Shown: positions 1 to 9,991, numbered from the stretch's first letter. The stretch is DNA of 64,000 nucleotides from an uncultured Staphylococcus sp. (GCA_964554195.1 CAZKNK010000001.1:18174-82173), one strand, 5' to 3'. A program made the numbers and translations. The notes: a model not told the origin generated them from the sequence alone.

Positions 1-309
1 GACCGGCATGAAGGAATCGTTGAGTATAAAGCCCATGAGGGTGGACAGGGCGGGAACATCGCACTTGAACGATGAGGCCACGTCGACAGGGATGTTGACA
101 CCCGCCACATTGACACCGAAGTCAGGGGCAAACATATCGTCGACGGATGTTTTCTCATATCCCTCGTCGCGGCGGGTAGGGAGCGAACCGCACTCCTCAA
201 GAACAGCGAGCGCGGCGGGACGCAGGGCGTTGATGACCGGCGCCGAAGCGGCGTCGAGTGTGGCGCAGCTCTCGCGGTAAAGGTCAATGTATTGTCTGAT
301 AGCACTCAT
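1..309 (-). CDS. sufD: Fe-S cluster assembly protein SufD, N-terminal part (runs off the window)
   Basis: Read manually: ATG at 309, MSAIRQYIDLYRE...EGYEKTSVDDMFAPDFGVNV...FKCDVPRLST; 2 bp downstream of the sufC stop; resembles the Bacteroidales SufD N-terminus. Confidence 0.75.
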   Translation of the reverse strand, partial: MSAIRQYIDLYRESCATLDAASAPVINALRPAALAVLEECGSLPTRRDEGYEKTSVDDMFAPDFGVNVAGVNIPVDVASSFKCDVPALSTLMGFILNDSFMPV

Positions 310-311
310 GG

Positions 312-1067
312 TCAGTTTTCCTCCTTGATCCAGTCATAGCCCTTCTCCTCAAGTTCGAGAGCGAGTTCGGGGCCGCCGCTCTTGACGATTCTGCCCTTGT
401 AAAGCACATGGACAAAGTCGGGCTTGATATAGTCGAGCAGGCGCTGATAGTGGGTGATGACTATGGTGGCGTTTTTATCTGTCTTGAGCTGATTGACACC
501 TCCGGCCACAATGCGCAGCGCATCGATGTCGAGTCCGGAATCAGTTTCGTCGAGAATAGACAGGCGCGGCTCCAGAACGGCCATCTGGAAGATTTCGTTA
601 CGCTTCTTCTCGCCGCCTGAAAAGCCCTCGTTGACCGAGCGCGATGCGAGCTTGTTGTCAAGTTCGACTATGGCGCGCTTCTGACGCATCAGTTTGAGGA
701 ACTCGCCGGCTGAGAGCGGCTCCATGTTGAAATATTTGCGTTTTGCGTTGACAGCGGCGCGCATGAAGTTGACCATTGACACTCCGGGGATCTCCACGGG
801 ATACTGGAATGAGAGGAAAAGACCCTCGTGAGAGCGGTCCTCAGGGGAGAGGGCGAGCAGGTCGAGTCCGTGGAAACTGACGCTTCCGCCGGTAACCGTG
901 AATGCCGGGTTGCCGGCAAGCACTTCGCTCAGGGTGCTTTTTCCGGAGCCGTTAGGCCCCATGATGGCATGGACTTCACCGGGATTGATGGTAAGATCAA
1001 CACCTTTAAGTATCTCTTTACCCTCCACTTCGGCGCGGAGTCCTTTTATTTCGATAAGATGTTCCAT
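312..1067 (-). CDS. sufC: Fe-S cluster assembly ABC ATPase SufC
   Basis: GPNGSGKST Walker A, FSGGEKKRNEI signature, ILDETDSGLDIDAL; start moved to MEHLIEIK (1067). Confidence 0.95.
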   Translation of the reverse strand: MEHLIEIKGLRAEVEGKEILKGVDLTINPGEVHAIMGPNGSGKSTLSEVLAGNPAFTVTGGSVSFHGLDLLALSPEDRSHEGLFLSFQYPVEIPGVSMVNFMRAAVNAKRKYFNMEPLSAGEFLKLMRQKRAIVELDNKLASRSVNEGFSGGEKKRNEIFQMAVLEPRLSILDETDSGLDIDALRIVAGGVNQLKTDKNATIVITHYQRLLDYIKPDFVHVLYKGRIVKSGGPELALELEEKGYDWIKEEN

Positions 1068-1223
1068 ATTTCGTAGTGTTGCGGAGTTTGTTATATTACA
1101 ATCCTGACGGACGTATGGTTGATTCAACCCGCGAAAATAGTAAAAATCCCGCTATGTGCCAAATCTGTTGCAAAAGTAGAAAAAAAGTGCCATCTTTGCG
1201 GTAAAGTTTATCAGAATCATAAA

Positions 1224-1700
1224 ATGAAACTCCGAATCCTTACCGCAGCCCTTGCCGCACTGATGCTTTCAGCGGCAGCCGAGGCTGAAAACCGGGTGGT
1301 GGTTGACAAGCCGTCGCTCCGGCTCTATGTGATAAACGAAAAAGCCGACACAATATTCACCGCACCGGTCTGCGTGGGCAAGAATCTCGGCGACAAGAAA
1401 CGCAAGGGAGATATGCGCACCCCTGAAGGACACTTCAGAATCACCCAGATTCAGGACGCCTCGAAATGGACTCATGACTTCAAGGATGGCGCCGGCGAGC
1501 GCAAGGGTGCCTACGGACCCTGGTTTTTCCGCCTTGCCACCCCTCCCCACACCGGCATCGGCATACACGGCACCTGCTTCCCGGAACGCATGTCGACGCG
1601 CGACAGCGAGGGATGTATCCGTCTGCTCAACGACGACCTCGTCAAGCTTCATAAGCTCGTGAAGGTCGGGACCGAGGTGACCGTCACTCCCGACAAATAA
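1224..1700 (+). CDS. L,D-transpeptidase (YkuD family), exported
   Basis: Signal peptide MKLRIL...AEA; GDMRTPEG, GIGIHGT...SEGCIRL His/Cys motif. Confidence 0.9.
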   Translation: MKLRILTAALAALMLSAAAEAENRVVVDKPSLRLYVINEKADTIFTAPVCVGKNLGDKKRKGDMRTPEGHFRITQIQDASKWTHDFKDGAGERKGAYGPWFFRLATPPHTGIGIHGTCFPERMSTRDSEGCIRLLNDDLVKLHKLVKVGTEVTVTPDK

Positions 1701-1765
1701 GGATTTTTAACACCGCAATAAGGGAAATTAACTGACTTCATGGGTGTTACACGGCATTTTTTGCG

Positions 1766-1773
1766 TAATTTTG
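1766..1773 (+). promoter_or_regulatory. Bacteroidetes -7 promoter element (TAATTTTG)
   Basis: Matches TAnnTTTG, 22 bp before ATG 1796. Confidence 0.55.
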
Positions 1774-1795
1774 TGCCACTCTGCAATTCGTAACT

Positions 1796-2965
1796 ATGAA
1801 ATCATCAATCTTCCGGTATATAATCCTCCCCCTGATTGTGGTTGCAGCCGTGTTGCTTCCCGATCTCTATATCTATAACCGCTTTGCCTCGCAATGGTGG
1901 CCGCAGTGGCTCGGAACAGCCTACTGGCTGCCGTCGGTGATTATCATCGGCGCACTCGGAGCTGCCGGCGTGATGTTCAGCCGCAGCCGATGCAGCGAGG
2001 TGTTTCACAACGTCGGCGTGATGATTCTCGGCGCGCTCTGTGTGGTGCTTCCGAAGATAGGCTTTGTGGCAACGCTGACCTCACTTGAGGCCCTCGGAGC
2101 TGAAAGCGGAACCATCTACTGCGCACTGACTGTGGCTGCCGCGCTGATGCTGACCGTGGTCTACGGCGCAACAGCCGGGAAACGCCGCTTCAAGGTGCGC
2201 CGCGTTGAATTATCCTTTAATGACCTTCCCGAAGAATTTGACGGCTACAAAGTGGTGCAGCTCAGCGACCTCCATGCCGGAAGCTGGCACGGAAACGCAT
2301 CAGGCCTGGCTCGCGCCGTCGACATAGTCAACTCTCTCAATCCCGACATTGTAGCCTTCACCGGCGACCTCATCAACAGCGACGCCGAGGAGGTGGATGA
2401 ATTTGCCGCCGATCTGGCCCGCATATCGGCCCGCGACGGCGTCTACTCCGTACTCGGCAATCATGACTACGGAACCTACAGCCGCCTTGCCACCACGATG
2501 GGAGTATTCGGTCATCTGCAATCGCTCGCCATGCGTCAGCGTCAGCTCGGATGGAAGCTTCTCAACAATGAAAACGCAATAATCAGCCGTGGAGGTGCCG
2601 CAATAGCCATAGCCGGAGTGGAAAATTCAGGGAATCCCCCCTTTCCCGACCGCGGGGATCTGCACGTCGCGCTGGCCGGCACCGACGGACTTTTCAAGAT
2701 ACTACTCTCTCACGATCCCACCCACTGGCGCCGCAACATCCTGCCCGAAAGCGACGTGCAGCTGACACTGTCGGGTCACACCCACGACATGCAGTTCAGC
2801 ATGTTCGGCCACTCTCCCGCAAGCCGCGTGTATGCCGAACACAACGGACTCTATACCGAAGGCTCCCGCTCGCTCTTTGTAAACATCGGTCTCGGTCACC
2901 TCTTTCCCCTCCGCCTCGGCGCCTGGCCTGAAATCACCCTCATCACACTCCGCCGCAGCGCATGA
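1796..2965 (+). CDS. Membrane-anchored calcineurin-like metallophosphoesterase (YkuE-like)
   Basis: N-terminal TM helices; SDLH, GDL, GNHD, LLSHDP, SGHTH motifs. Confidence 0.9.
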   Translation: MKSSIFRYIILPLIVVAAVLLPDLYIYNRFASQWWPQWLGTAYWLPSVIIIGALGAAGVMFSRSRCSEVFHNVGVMILGALCVVLPKIGFVATLTSLEALGAESGTIYCALTVAAALMLTVVYGATAGKRRFKVRRVELSFNDLPEEFDGYKVVQLSDLHAGSWHGNASGLARAVDIVNSLNPDIVAFTGDLINSDAEEVDEFAADLARISARDGVYSVLGNHDYGTYSRLATTMGVFGHLQSLAMRQRQLGWKLLNNENAIISRGGAAIAIAGVENSGNPPFPDRGDLHVALAGTDGLFKILLSHDPTHWRRNILPESDVQLTLSGHTHDMQFSMFGHSPASRVYAEHNGLYTEGSRSLFVNIGLGHLFPLRLGAWPEITLITLRRSA

Positions 2966-4809
2966 GAGATTCAAGTGAATTTCTGCCCACGTCGGTCAAG
3001 GAGATGAAGGCCCTCGGATGGGACCACGTTGACGTGGTGCTGTTCACGGGCGACGCCTATGTTGACCATCCGTCGTTCGGGGCAGCCGTGGTTGGACGCA
3101 CACTTCAGGCCGCCGGCTACAATGTGGCCATAGTTCCGCAGCCCAACTGGCAGGATGACCTGCGCGATTTCAAGAAATTCGGCGCGCCGCGACTCTATTT
3201 CGGAGTATCGGCAGGCGCGATGGACTCAATGGTGAACCACTACACCGCCGCCCGACGCAAACGCAGCGATGACGCCTACACCCCCAACGGCCGTCACGGC
3301 GCCCGTCCGGATTACCCCACGATTGTCTATTCCGACATTCTCCGCCAACTCTTTCCCGACACCCCGATAGTGGCCGGAGGAATAGAAGCCTCTATGCGCC
3401 GCAACAGCCACTATGATTACTGGCAGGACCGCCTTCGCCCCTCCATACTGATGGACTGCAAGGCCGACATGCTCATCTACGGCATGGGGGAGCAGATAAA
3501 CGTGGAGATAGCCCGCAGACTCGAAAACGGAATCAAAATTTCAGAAATCACCGACCTGCCGCAGACAGTTGTCCGCCGACCCATAGCTGAGCTTCCTGCC
3601 TCGACCGACGAAGGACGCGGCATAGTGCTGGCACCGTTTGAAAAATGCCGTACCGACAAACGCGCCCAGGCCATGAACTTCAAGGCAATAGAAACCGAGA
3701 GCAATTCAATGGAGGGGCGTGTGATATGGCAGCGCCACGGCGATGTGGCCATAAAAGTAAATCCGATGCTCCCGCCGCTGACGTCGGAAGAACTTGACCG
3801 CTCCTACGATCTTCCCTATACCCGACTCCCCCACCCACGCTACGACGGCAAGCGGATTCCGGCCTACGAAATGATCCGCCACTCCGTCACCATGCACCGC
3901 GGGTGCTTCGGAGGATGCGCTTTCTGCACCATTTCGGCCCATCAGGGCAAATTTATCTCGTCGCGTTCACGTGAATCAATCATGCGCGAAGTGAAAGCCA
4001 TCAGCCGTATGCCCGATTTCAAGGGCTACATATCCGATCTCGGCGGCCCGTCGGCAAACATGTATGGCATGAGAGGCAAAAACACCGAAGCCTGCCGCCA
4101 CTGCCGCCGTCCGTCATGCCTTCATCCGGCACCGTGTCCCAATCTCAACACTGACCACGGCCCGCTGACGGAAATATACCGCGAAGTCGATAAAATGCCT
4201 GAAGTCAAGAAAGCGTTTGTGGGTTCGGGTGTACGCTATGACCTTTCGATGCACCATACAGGTGACCCGGAAACCGATCGAAATAACCGCATCTATAACG
4301 AGCAGCTAATCACCCGCCATGTTTCGGGACGCCTGAAAGTGGCACCCGAACACACCTCCGAGTCGGTGCTTGCACTCATGCGCAAACCATCGTTTGACCT
4401 CTATCACCGCTTTGCGTCACTCTTTGCTGACGTAAACCGCCGTGCCGGACTCCGGCAGCAGCTCATCCCCTACTTCATATCCTCACATCCCGGTTGCCGT
4501 GAGGTGGACATGGCTCAACTGGCTGTAGAGACCAAAGAACTCGGTCTGCAACTTGAGCAGGTTCAGGATTTCACCCCGACACCGATGACCCTTTCAACTG
4601 AAATCTATTACTCGGGCATCAACCCCTACACCGGCGAGCGCGTGTTCACGGCAACCACCCCGGAGCAGAAGCTCGCACAGCGAAAATACTTCTTCTGGTA
4701 TGACCGCACCTATAAGCCCGACATCATCCGTTCACTCGAACGGCTCCATCGGCCCGACCTTGTCCGCAAACTTTATCCCTCAAAAGGAAAGAGACAGACA
4801 TCACAATAA
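2962..4809 (+). CDS. ygiQ: YgiQ (UPF0313) family radical SAM protein
   Basis: GDAYVDHPSFG, RGCFGGCAFC (CxxxCxxC), DLGGPSANMY, LKVAPEH, YFISSHPG, QVQDFTPTPMT. Confidence 0.92.
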   Translation: MRDSSEFLPTSVKEMKALGWDHVDVVLFTGDAYVDHPSFGAAVVGRTLQAAGYNVAIVPQPNWQDDLRDFKKFGAPRLYFGVSAGAMDSMVNHYTAARRKRSDDAYTPNGRHGARPDYPTIVYSDILRQLFPDTPIVAGGIEASMRRNSHYDYWQDRLRPSILMDCKADMLIYGMGEQINVEIARRLENGIKISEITDLPQTVVRRPIAELPASTDEGRGIVLAPFEKCRTDKRAQAMNFKAIETESNSMEGRVIWQRHGDVAIKVNPMLPPLTSEELDRSYDLPYTRLPHPRYDGKRIPAYEMIRHSVTMHRGCFGGCAFCTISAHQGKFISSRSRESIMREVKAISRMPDFKGYISDLGGPSANMYGMRGKNTEACRHCRRPSCLHPAPCPNLNTDHGPLTEIYREVDKMPEVKKAFVGSGVRYDLSMHHTGDPETDRNNRIYNEQLITRHVSGRLKVAPEHTSESVLALMRKPSFDLYHRFASLFADVNRRAGLRQQLIPYFISSHPGCREVDMAQLAVETKELGLQLEQVQDFTPTPMTLSTEIYYSGINPYTGERVFTATTPEQKLAQRKYFFWYDRTYKPDIIRSLERLHRPDLVRKLYPSKGKRQTSQ

Positions 4810-4887
4810 CACACTGATTATCTTTTGATTGATAATTAATCCACCTTATTTGTCAATTTTAAAACTAACATAATAATGTATAAGGGT

Positions 4888-4895
4888 TAACTTTG
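4888..4895 (+). promoter_or_regulatory. -7 promoter element (TAACTTTG) of the PL9 gene
   Basis: TAnnTTTG match in AT-rich intergenic region upstream of ATG 4930. Confidence 0.55.
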
Positions 4896-4929
4896 ATTCA
4901 GAAAAATCAAAACAACTGACTCTTATATC

Positions 4930-7900
4930 ATGAAACAAATCCGCCAACTCCGCCTTGCCGCATTTTCCGCCCTAATGGCAGCGACAATGACCGCAGGCGC
5001 TCAGAGCTACACCTATCTGACCGAGGACTTCGAGGCTTCTGCCTGGACCACGAAAGCAGCCGACGTCACCTCATCCACCGGCAAGTGGACCACAAACAAA
5101 AACATCGCCGAAACCACCAAAGCAAACTCCGGCTCCAAGAGCATCCACTTTGCATCAAAGGATGGTCTGACCACTCCCCGCCTCGAAAAAGGTGCCGGGG
5201 TGCTGATATATTATGCCAACAATGCCAACCGCGAAGTCCACGTAGAAAAATCAACCGACGGCTCTCAGTGGACCGAAATAGAAACATACAAGACCACCGA
5301 GGACTGGACCCGGCACATTGTCCCCGTAAATGATGCCGACACCCGCTATATACGCCTGCGCACAACATCAAACAAAAACTTCTATGTTGATGACCTGCTC
5401 GTGACATATCTCGATGGAACCGATGCCACGGGCGCAGAAATCGTGACAACCCTCAATCTCCCCTACTTCACACAGACATTTGAGACACAGGGACAATTTC
5501 CCACATCAAAAGATGACGCCGCCACCGAGAAAACATATAATGTGGCCGGTCAGGGTGAATGGAAATATCTCAACGCCTATCGCGGCACAAACGCATCATA
5601 TATTCCCGACGGCTCGGCCACAGGCCTGCGTATGCTCAAAAACGGCTCCTACGTTATCACCCCCGTGCTGACACAGGGAGTGGTCGGAGTGATGTTTGAC
5701 GAAGGCCGCACAAACAAAAGTGTATCAGTCTACACCTCTACTGACGAAGGTGCCACATGGACACTCGCCCGCACCTTCAAGACCGACACCCGCAACACCG
5801 TCATGATCTACGAGCGCAACGTGAACCGCATCAAGATTGCCAACGAATCAACATCGGATCTTGACATAGACAATATCACCGTCACCGCATATCCATCAGG
5901 CACACCCGCCACCGTCACCACCGCGACCGCCACCGACATCACCGCATCGTCGGCTAAAGTAGGTGGAACAGTGACCGACCAGGGCAGCAGCACGGTGACT
6001 GAGACCGGTGTTTGCTGGTCAACCGACGGCACACCCACCGTTGCCGACAACTCCGTCACCGGCACTGGCCGCTCCTCATTCACCGTTAACCTCACCGGAC
6101 TTCCCGCATCCACCGCAATATATTACCGCGCCTACGCCATATCACTTGCCGGAGTAGCCTACGGAGAGACCCTCACATTCACCACCGCAGGCGCCACCGC
6201 TCCGAAAGTGACTATGGGAGTACTCACTACCATCGACGACCTCACCGATGAAACCACCGTAGCTGTCAAAGCGATAGTGAAGGTAACCGATAACGGCGGC
6301 GAGGCCGTGACCCGCGCCGGTGTGATATTCGCCCCGGCAGCAGGAGGCGCAGCCACTGAAGTAGATGCCCTCCCCACCGCCGACGGGGAATATGCCGCCA
6401 CACTCCGCCTTGCACCCTCCACCGCCTACGTGATGCGGCCCTTTGCCATCAATGCAATCGGACGAACCGACGGTGACGCAACTGATTACACCTCACCGGC
6501 CATCATCGTACCGGAATATCCCCACCACGTATATTACTGCGCCCCTGACGGCAACGACGCTACCGCCGACGGCTCGAAAGAGAAACCCTTCTTCAGCTTA
6601 CAGAAAGCCGCCGACCTCGTGGCCGCAGGTGACACCATCTATATGAAAGGTGGAACATACGCATACACCACCCGAATCAACCTTAAGGCTATCGGCGAGA
6701 AAAACTCCGGACGCATTGCTCTGTTCAGCATTGACGGCACCGCCGTGCTTGACTTCAAAGCCATGAGCGTGGCCGATGCAAATCAGGGCATCAGACTGAC
6801 CGGCAGCTACTGGCACATCTACGGAATCGACATCTGCAACGCCGGTGACAACGGTATGCTCATAGAACGCGACAAACCCACCGGTGGCTCCTACGCCGAC
6901 ATCGCCGCCAACTCCCATCAAGGTCACCACAACGTAGTAGAACTCTGCAACTTCTACCGCAACGCCGACACCGGACTCCAGATGAAAAACCTGGCCGAAT
7001 ATAACCTCGTGATTAACTGCGACTCCTACTTCAATATCGACCCGGGCGAAGGAAATGCCGACGGATTCGCCGTGAAACTCTCACATGGCAACGGAAACTA
7101 CTTCTACGGATGCCGCGCATGGCGAAACAGCGATGACGGATGGGACCAGTTCATCAAGAAAGAGGGCGGTTTCCCTGACGACATCACAACCACCCTTGAA
7201 AACTGCTGGGCCTTTGAAAACGGATTCCTTGAAAACGGAAACCCGTGCAGCGGAAACGGAAACGGATTTAAAATGGGTAGCGATCAGGGCCGCAACAACA
7301 TCATCATGAACCGCTGTCTGGCATTCGACAACCTCCAGAAAGGCTTCGACCAAAACCACAATACCGGCCACATGATTCTCAACAACTGCACCGGCTACTC
7401 CGCAAAATACACCGACAACAAGAGCCACTACACCTATCGTCTTGACGAGCCTGTAGCCGTGGATCATGAAATCCGCCTTACCAACTGTGTGGCTGTGAGC
7501 GACGGCATAGCCGACCGCAACAAATCGGAATACGCTCCCTACTCCGTGACCGCCACACTGGTCAACACCGATCTCAACACTCTGCCTGACGACTATGTCA
7601 GCATCTCAACCGCCGGAACCGACGGTCCGCGTGACGCCGACGGCAATCTTCCCGACCTTGACTTCATGAAAATCCGCCCCGGAAACACAAAGCTAATCGA
7701 CGCCGGTGTCACCGTAGCCCCATATAATGGCGAAAGCGCTCACTCCGTGGGAATCCTCTACAACGGTACCGCCCCTGACCTCGGTTGCTTTGAAACCGGC
7801 GGAACACTCTCCGGCATAACAGCACCTGCCGCTGACTTCACCACCGCAAACGCCATAGCCATGGAAGTCACCGCCACCCGCAGCGGCATAGTGGTCATCA

Positions 7901-8085
7901 CACTTCCCGCACTCGCAGCAACCGACATGTCGACAGCCGCCGTCTATGACATCAACGGCACTCTCCTGACCACAGTACGCTTCTACGGCTCCACCACCTC
8001 GCTCAATCTGCGCGGACACCACGGAGCAGCCGTAATTGCCGTTGCCGCTCCCGCCGGAAAAGCAACTGCCAAAGTAATCATGTAA
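4930..8085 (+). CDS. Modular secreted polysaccharide lyase family 9 (pectate lyase L-like), with N-terminal beta-sandwich repeats, Fn3-like domains and T9SS-type C-terminus
   Basis: Signal peptide; GNADGFAVK, CRAWRNSDDGWD, GNGNGFKMG PL9 motifs; APDLGCFE end of the catalytic domain; C-terminal VYDING...KVIM. Confidence 0.85.
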   Translation: MKQIRQLRLAAFSALMAATMTAGAQSYTYLTEDFEASAWTTKAADVTSSTGKWTTNKNIAETTKANSGSKSIHFASKDGLTTPRLEKGAGVLIYYANNANREVHVEKSTDGSQWTEIETYKTTEDWTRHIVPVNDADTRYIRLRTTSNKNFYVDDLLVTYLDGTDATGAEIVTTLNLPYFTQTFETQGQFPTSKDDAATEKTYNVAGQGEWKYLNAYRGTNASYIPDGSATGLRMLKNGSYVITPVLTQGVVGVMFDEGRTNKSVSVYTSTDEGATWTLARTFKTDTRNTVMIYERNVNRIKIANESTSDLDIDNITVTAYPSGTPATVTTATATDITASSAKVGGTVTDQGSSTVTETGVCWSTDGTPTVADNSVTGTGRSSFTVNLTGLPASTAIYYRAYAISLAGVAYGETLTFTTAGATAPKVTMGVLTTIDDLTDETTVAVKAIVKVTDNGGEAVTRAGVIFAPAAGGAATEVDALPTADGEYAATLRLAPSTAYVMRPFAINAIGRTDGDATDYTSPAIIVPEYPHHVYYCAPDGNDATADGSKEKPFFSLQKAADLVAAGDTIYMKGGTYAYTTRINLKAIGEKNSGRIALFSIDGTAVLDFKAMSVADANQGIRLTGSYWHIYGIDICNAGDNGMLIERDKPTGGSYADIAANSHQGHHNVVELCNFYRNADTGLQMKNLAEYNLVINCDSYFNIDPGEGNADGFAVKLSHGNGNYFYGCRAWRNSDDGWDQFIKKEGGFPDDITTTLENCWAFENGFLENGNPCSGNGNGFKMGSDQGRNNIIMNRCLAFDNLQKGFDQNHNTGHMILNNCTGYSAKYTDNKSHYTYRLDEPVAVDHEIRLTNCVAVSDGIADRNKSEYAPYSVTATLVNTDLNTLPDDYVSISTAGTDGPRDADGNLPDLDFMKIRPGNTKLIDAGVTVAPYNGESAHSVGILYNGTAPDLGCFETGGTLSGITAPAADFTTANAIAMEVTATRSGIVVITLPALAATDMSTAAVYDINGTLLTTVRFYGSTTSLNLRGHHGAAVIAVAAPAGKATAKVIM

Positions 8086-8122
8086 TCACACATTCATTTC
8101 ACAAAAATAAACCAATTTCCGC

Positions 8123-8157
8123 GTCCCCGGTCGAGATTCAGCACTCCGACCGGGGAC
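8123..8157 (+). terminator. Hairpin downstream of the PL9 gene
   Basis: gtccccggtcg...cgaccggggac 11-bp stem followed by AT-rich sequence. Confidence 0.65.
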
Positions 8158-8275
8158 ATATTATATTCCCATGAGCATATCGGCATCACAACTTCATGCT
8201 AAAACATCGGAAAATCATTAAGTTAAAATTAGTTAATAATATAACAAATCCCTTGTTTTTCGGGTGAATTCATAG

Positions 8276-8283
8276 TAACTTTG
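8276..8283 (+). promoter_or_regulatory. -7 promoter element (TAACTTTG) of an intergenic transcript
   Basis: TAnnTTTG match; no ORF of meaningful size follows before the terminator at 8487-8529. Confidence 0.6.
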
Positions 8284-8289
8284 CACAAA

Positions 8290-8529
8290 AATTACCACCT
8301 TAGTTGCATCCTTATACTGATAAAAATTTTACGCTATTCATTTAGGACTAAGGAAAGGCAACCTGTATTGCAGCCCGGCCCGTCGGGATGACGCAGCTGA
8401 TGCTATACTAATAGGTGTAATGTAAGTATGATATGATCTCTACATTATTAAATTGATTTAATGAATCAAATTGCCTTTTGGCTTTAGTCCTGTTGTTCCT
8501 TGATCGAAAGGAGCAACGGACATTTTTTT
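8290..8529 (+). ncRNA. Candidate structured ncRNA or attenuator leader, unassigned
   Basis: Closing stems aggactaa(8344-8351)/ttagtcct(8484-8491) and aaaggcaa(8354-8361)/ttgccttt(8471-8478) enclose three internal hairpins; promoter box upstream, terminator downstream. Confidence 0.5.
8487..8529 (+). terminator. Rho-independent terminator
   Basis: gtcc-t-gttgttcct ... aggagcaac-ggac stem followed by T7 (8523-8529). Confidence 0.65.
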
Positions 8530-8546
8530 ATCCACAAGTTTTTCGT

Positions 8547-8554
8547 TAACTTTG
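8547..8554 (+). promoter_or_regulatory. -7 promoter element (TAACTTTG) of the TIR gene
   Basis: TAnnTTTG match 17 bp before ATG 8572. Confidence 0.55.
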
Positions 8555-8571
8555 TCCAAAATCTGACTCCT

Positions 8572-9954
8572 ATGAAATATGATGCCTTTATAAGCTATAG
8601 CTGGAAAGACTATAAAGATGAAAACGGCTGCCTGATTGATGGTAATGTGATTTCAAAAATCACGAAAGCCCTCTCAGACAATGGTCTGACATACTGGATA
8701 GATGAAGAAGGAATTTCTGTAGGCGAGGAGTTTCCGGAAATAATCTACGACAACATCATGAATTCCGGCTGCATGATTTTTATTTCCTCCCACAACTCAA
8801 ATCATGTTTCAAAATGGACCTCGAAGGAAATCAGTCTTGCTATCGAACATAAAAAACTCATAATTCCGGTTATATGCGATGACTCTAATTTCAAGAAAGG
8901 TATAAATCTGCTTTTGTCAGACGTCGATAAATTCGACATGACCAAAAATCCGGGCCAGCAGATATATGAAATAATAAAAGCTGTCAGAGCCAACCGCGAT
9001 CAGCTCCTTGAAGAGAAAAAACGCGAAGAAGAAAAAAGGGAACGGGGAAAAACCATATCCACCGCCGTGGCTACGCTTGAAATACTCGAAAAAAACAGGT
9101 CAAAACTTCGCAAGGAACTTTCGCGGCTGCGCGGTGAGTATGATTCACTAAGCAAGGATTTTATACTTAACCAGACCAAAATTGAAGAAATAGCGACGCT
9201 CCTTGAAAAAGAGGGGCAACCCTTTGACCGCACAATCCTCGAGCCGACAGATGATGGTGTCACTTTTGAAAAACTGCTCGAGAGGTCACAAACATCAGAT
9301 AAACCGGAAACGCCTAAACGCTCACTTTCACCCGGGTGGGGAATCATTTTGCTCATCGTCGGTCTTATTGCAGGCTTTGGAGCCGGATTGTCAACACATT
9401 GCAATAGCTCTGCCCCCACAGCATCACCCACTGACACTATAGCCGCTGACAGCGCTGCAATATGGTGCGACTCAACCTATCTATTCTCTTCCGGCTATGT
9501 AGATATGGGAACATCCAAACTTTGGGCAGCAACCAATTATGGTGCATCAAGTCCTGTAGAAACCGGAGAACTCGTCACCTGGACAGAAATCCGGCAGACA
9601 TTGGACGGCACGGATGAAACGCTTCCTAACGTATCGGATTTTACCCAACTTAAAAATAGTTGTCACTGGGAAAAGGGGATGCTGGACGGAGTCAAAGGTT
9701 TTTATGTCACCTCCGACTCCACCAACAATCAGATTTTCCTGCCCATAACCTCTTTCCTTAGTTTTGACGACGGACATTACATCATAAAGTCACCTGACTG
9801 GGGCGTGTACTGGACATCAACACTTTTTGACGCCCGGAACCCAGACGATTCTAAAATAAACGTCTTTACGTTCGGCATATCATCTGATCAACCTGTTTCA
9901 GATAAAAAATTCCGCAATGCCAAATGTGCGGTCAGGTTGGTCAAAGCAAAATAA
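8572..9954 (+). CDS. TIR domain - coiled coil - TM helix - extracytoplasmic DUF1566/C-type-lectin-like domain protein
   Basis: YDAFISYS...YWIDEEGI..GEEF...SKWTSKEI (TIR with conserved Glu); heptad-rich segment; TM GWGIILLIVGLIAGFGAGL; YVDMGTSKLWAATNYGA...IFLP...GVYWTST...AVRLVK. Confidence 0.8.
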   Translation: MKYDAFISYSWKDYKDENGCLIDGNVISKITKALSDNGLTYWIDEEGISVGEEFPEIIYDNIMNSGCMIFISSHNSNHVSKWTSKEISLAIEHKKLIIPVICDDSNFKKGINLLLSDVDKFDMTKNPGQQIYEIIKAVRANRDQLLEEKKREEEKRERGKTISTAVATLEILEKNRSKLRKELSRLRGEYDSLSKDFILNQTKIEEIATLLEKEGQPFDRTILEPTDDGVTFEKLLERSQTSDKPETPKRSLSPGWGIILLIVGLIAGFGAGLSTHCNSSAPTASPTDTIAADSAAIWCDSTYLFSSGYVDMGTSKLWAATNYGASSPVETGELVTWTEIRQTLDGTDETLPNVSDFTQLKNSCHWEKGMLDGVKGFYVTSDSTNNQIFLPITSFLSFDDGHYIIKSPDWGVYWTSTLFDARNPDDSKINVFTFGISSDQPVSDKKFRNAKCAVRLVKAK

Positions 9955-9991
9955 TCCCCCTCCTTAAGTTCTACTAAACTCATAATCTGAA

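Noticed and set aside
8290-8529. Assignment as 6S RNA, SRP RNA, retron msr/msd or a known riboswitch
   Set aside because: The fold is multi-branch rather than a rod, the SRP and riboswitch consensus motifs are absent and no RT is adjacent; left unassigned.
9790-9954. Lectin-like C-terminus of the TIR protein as a DGR variable region
   Set aside because: No template repeat and no reverse transcriptase found in the window; a remote DGR cannot be excluded.
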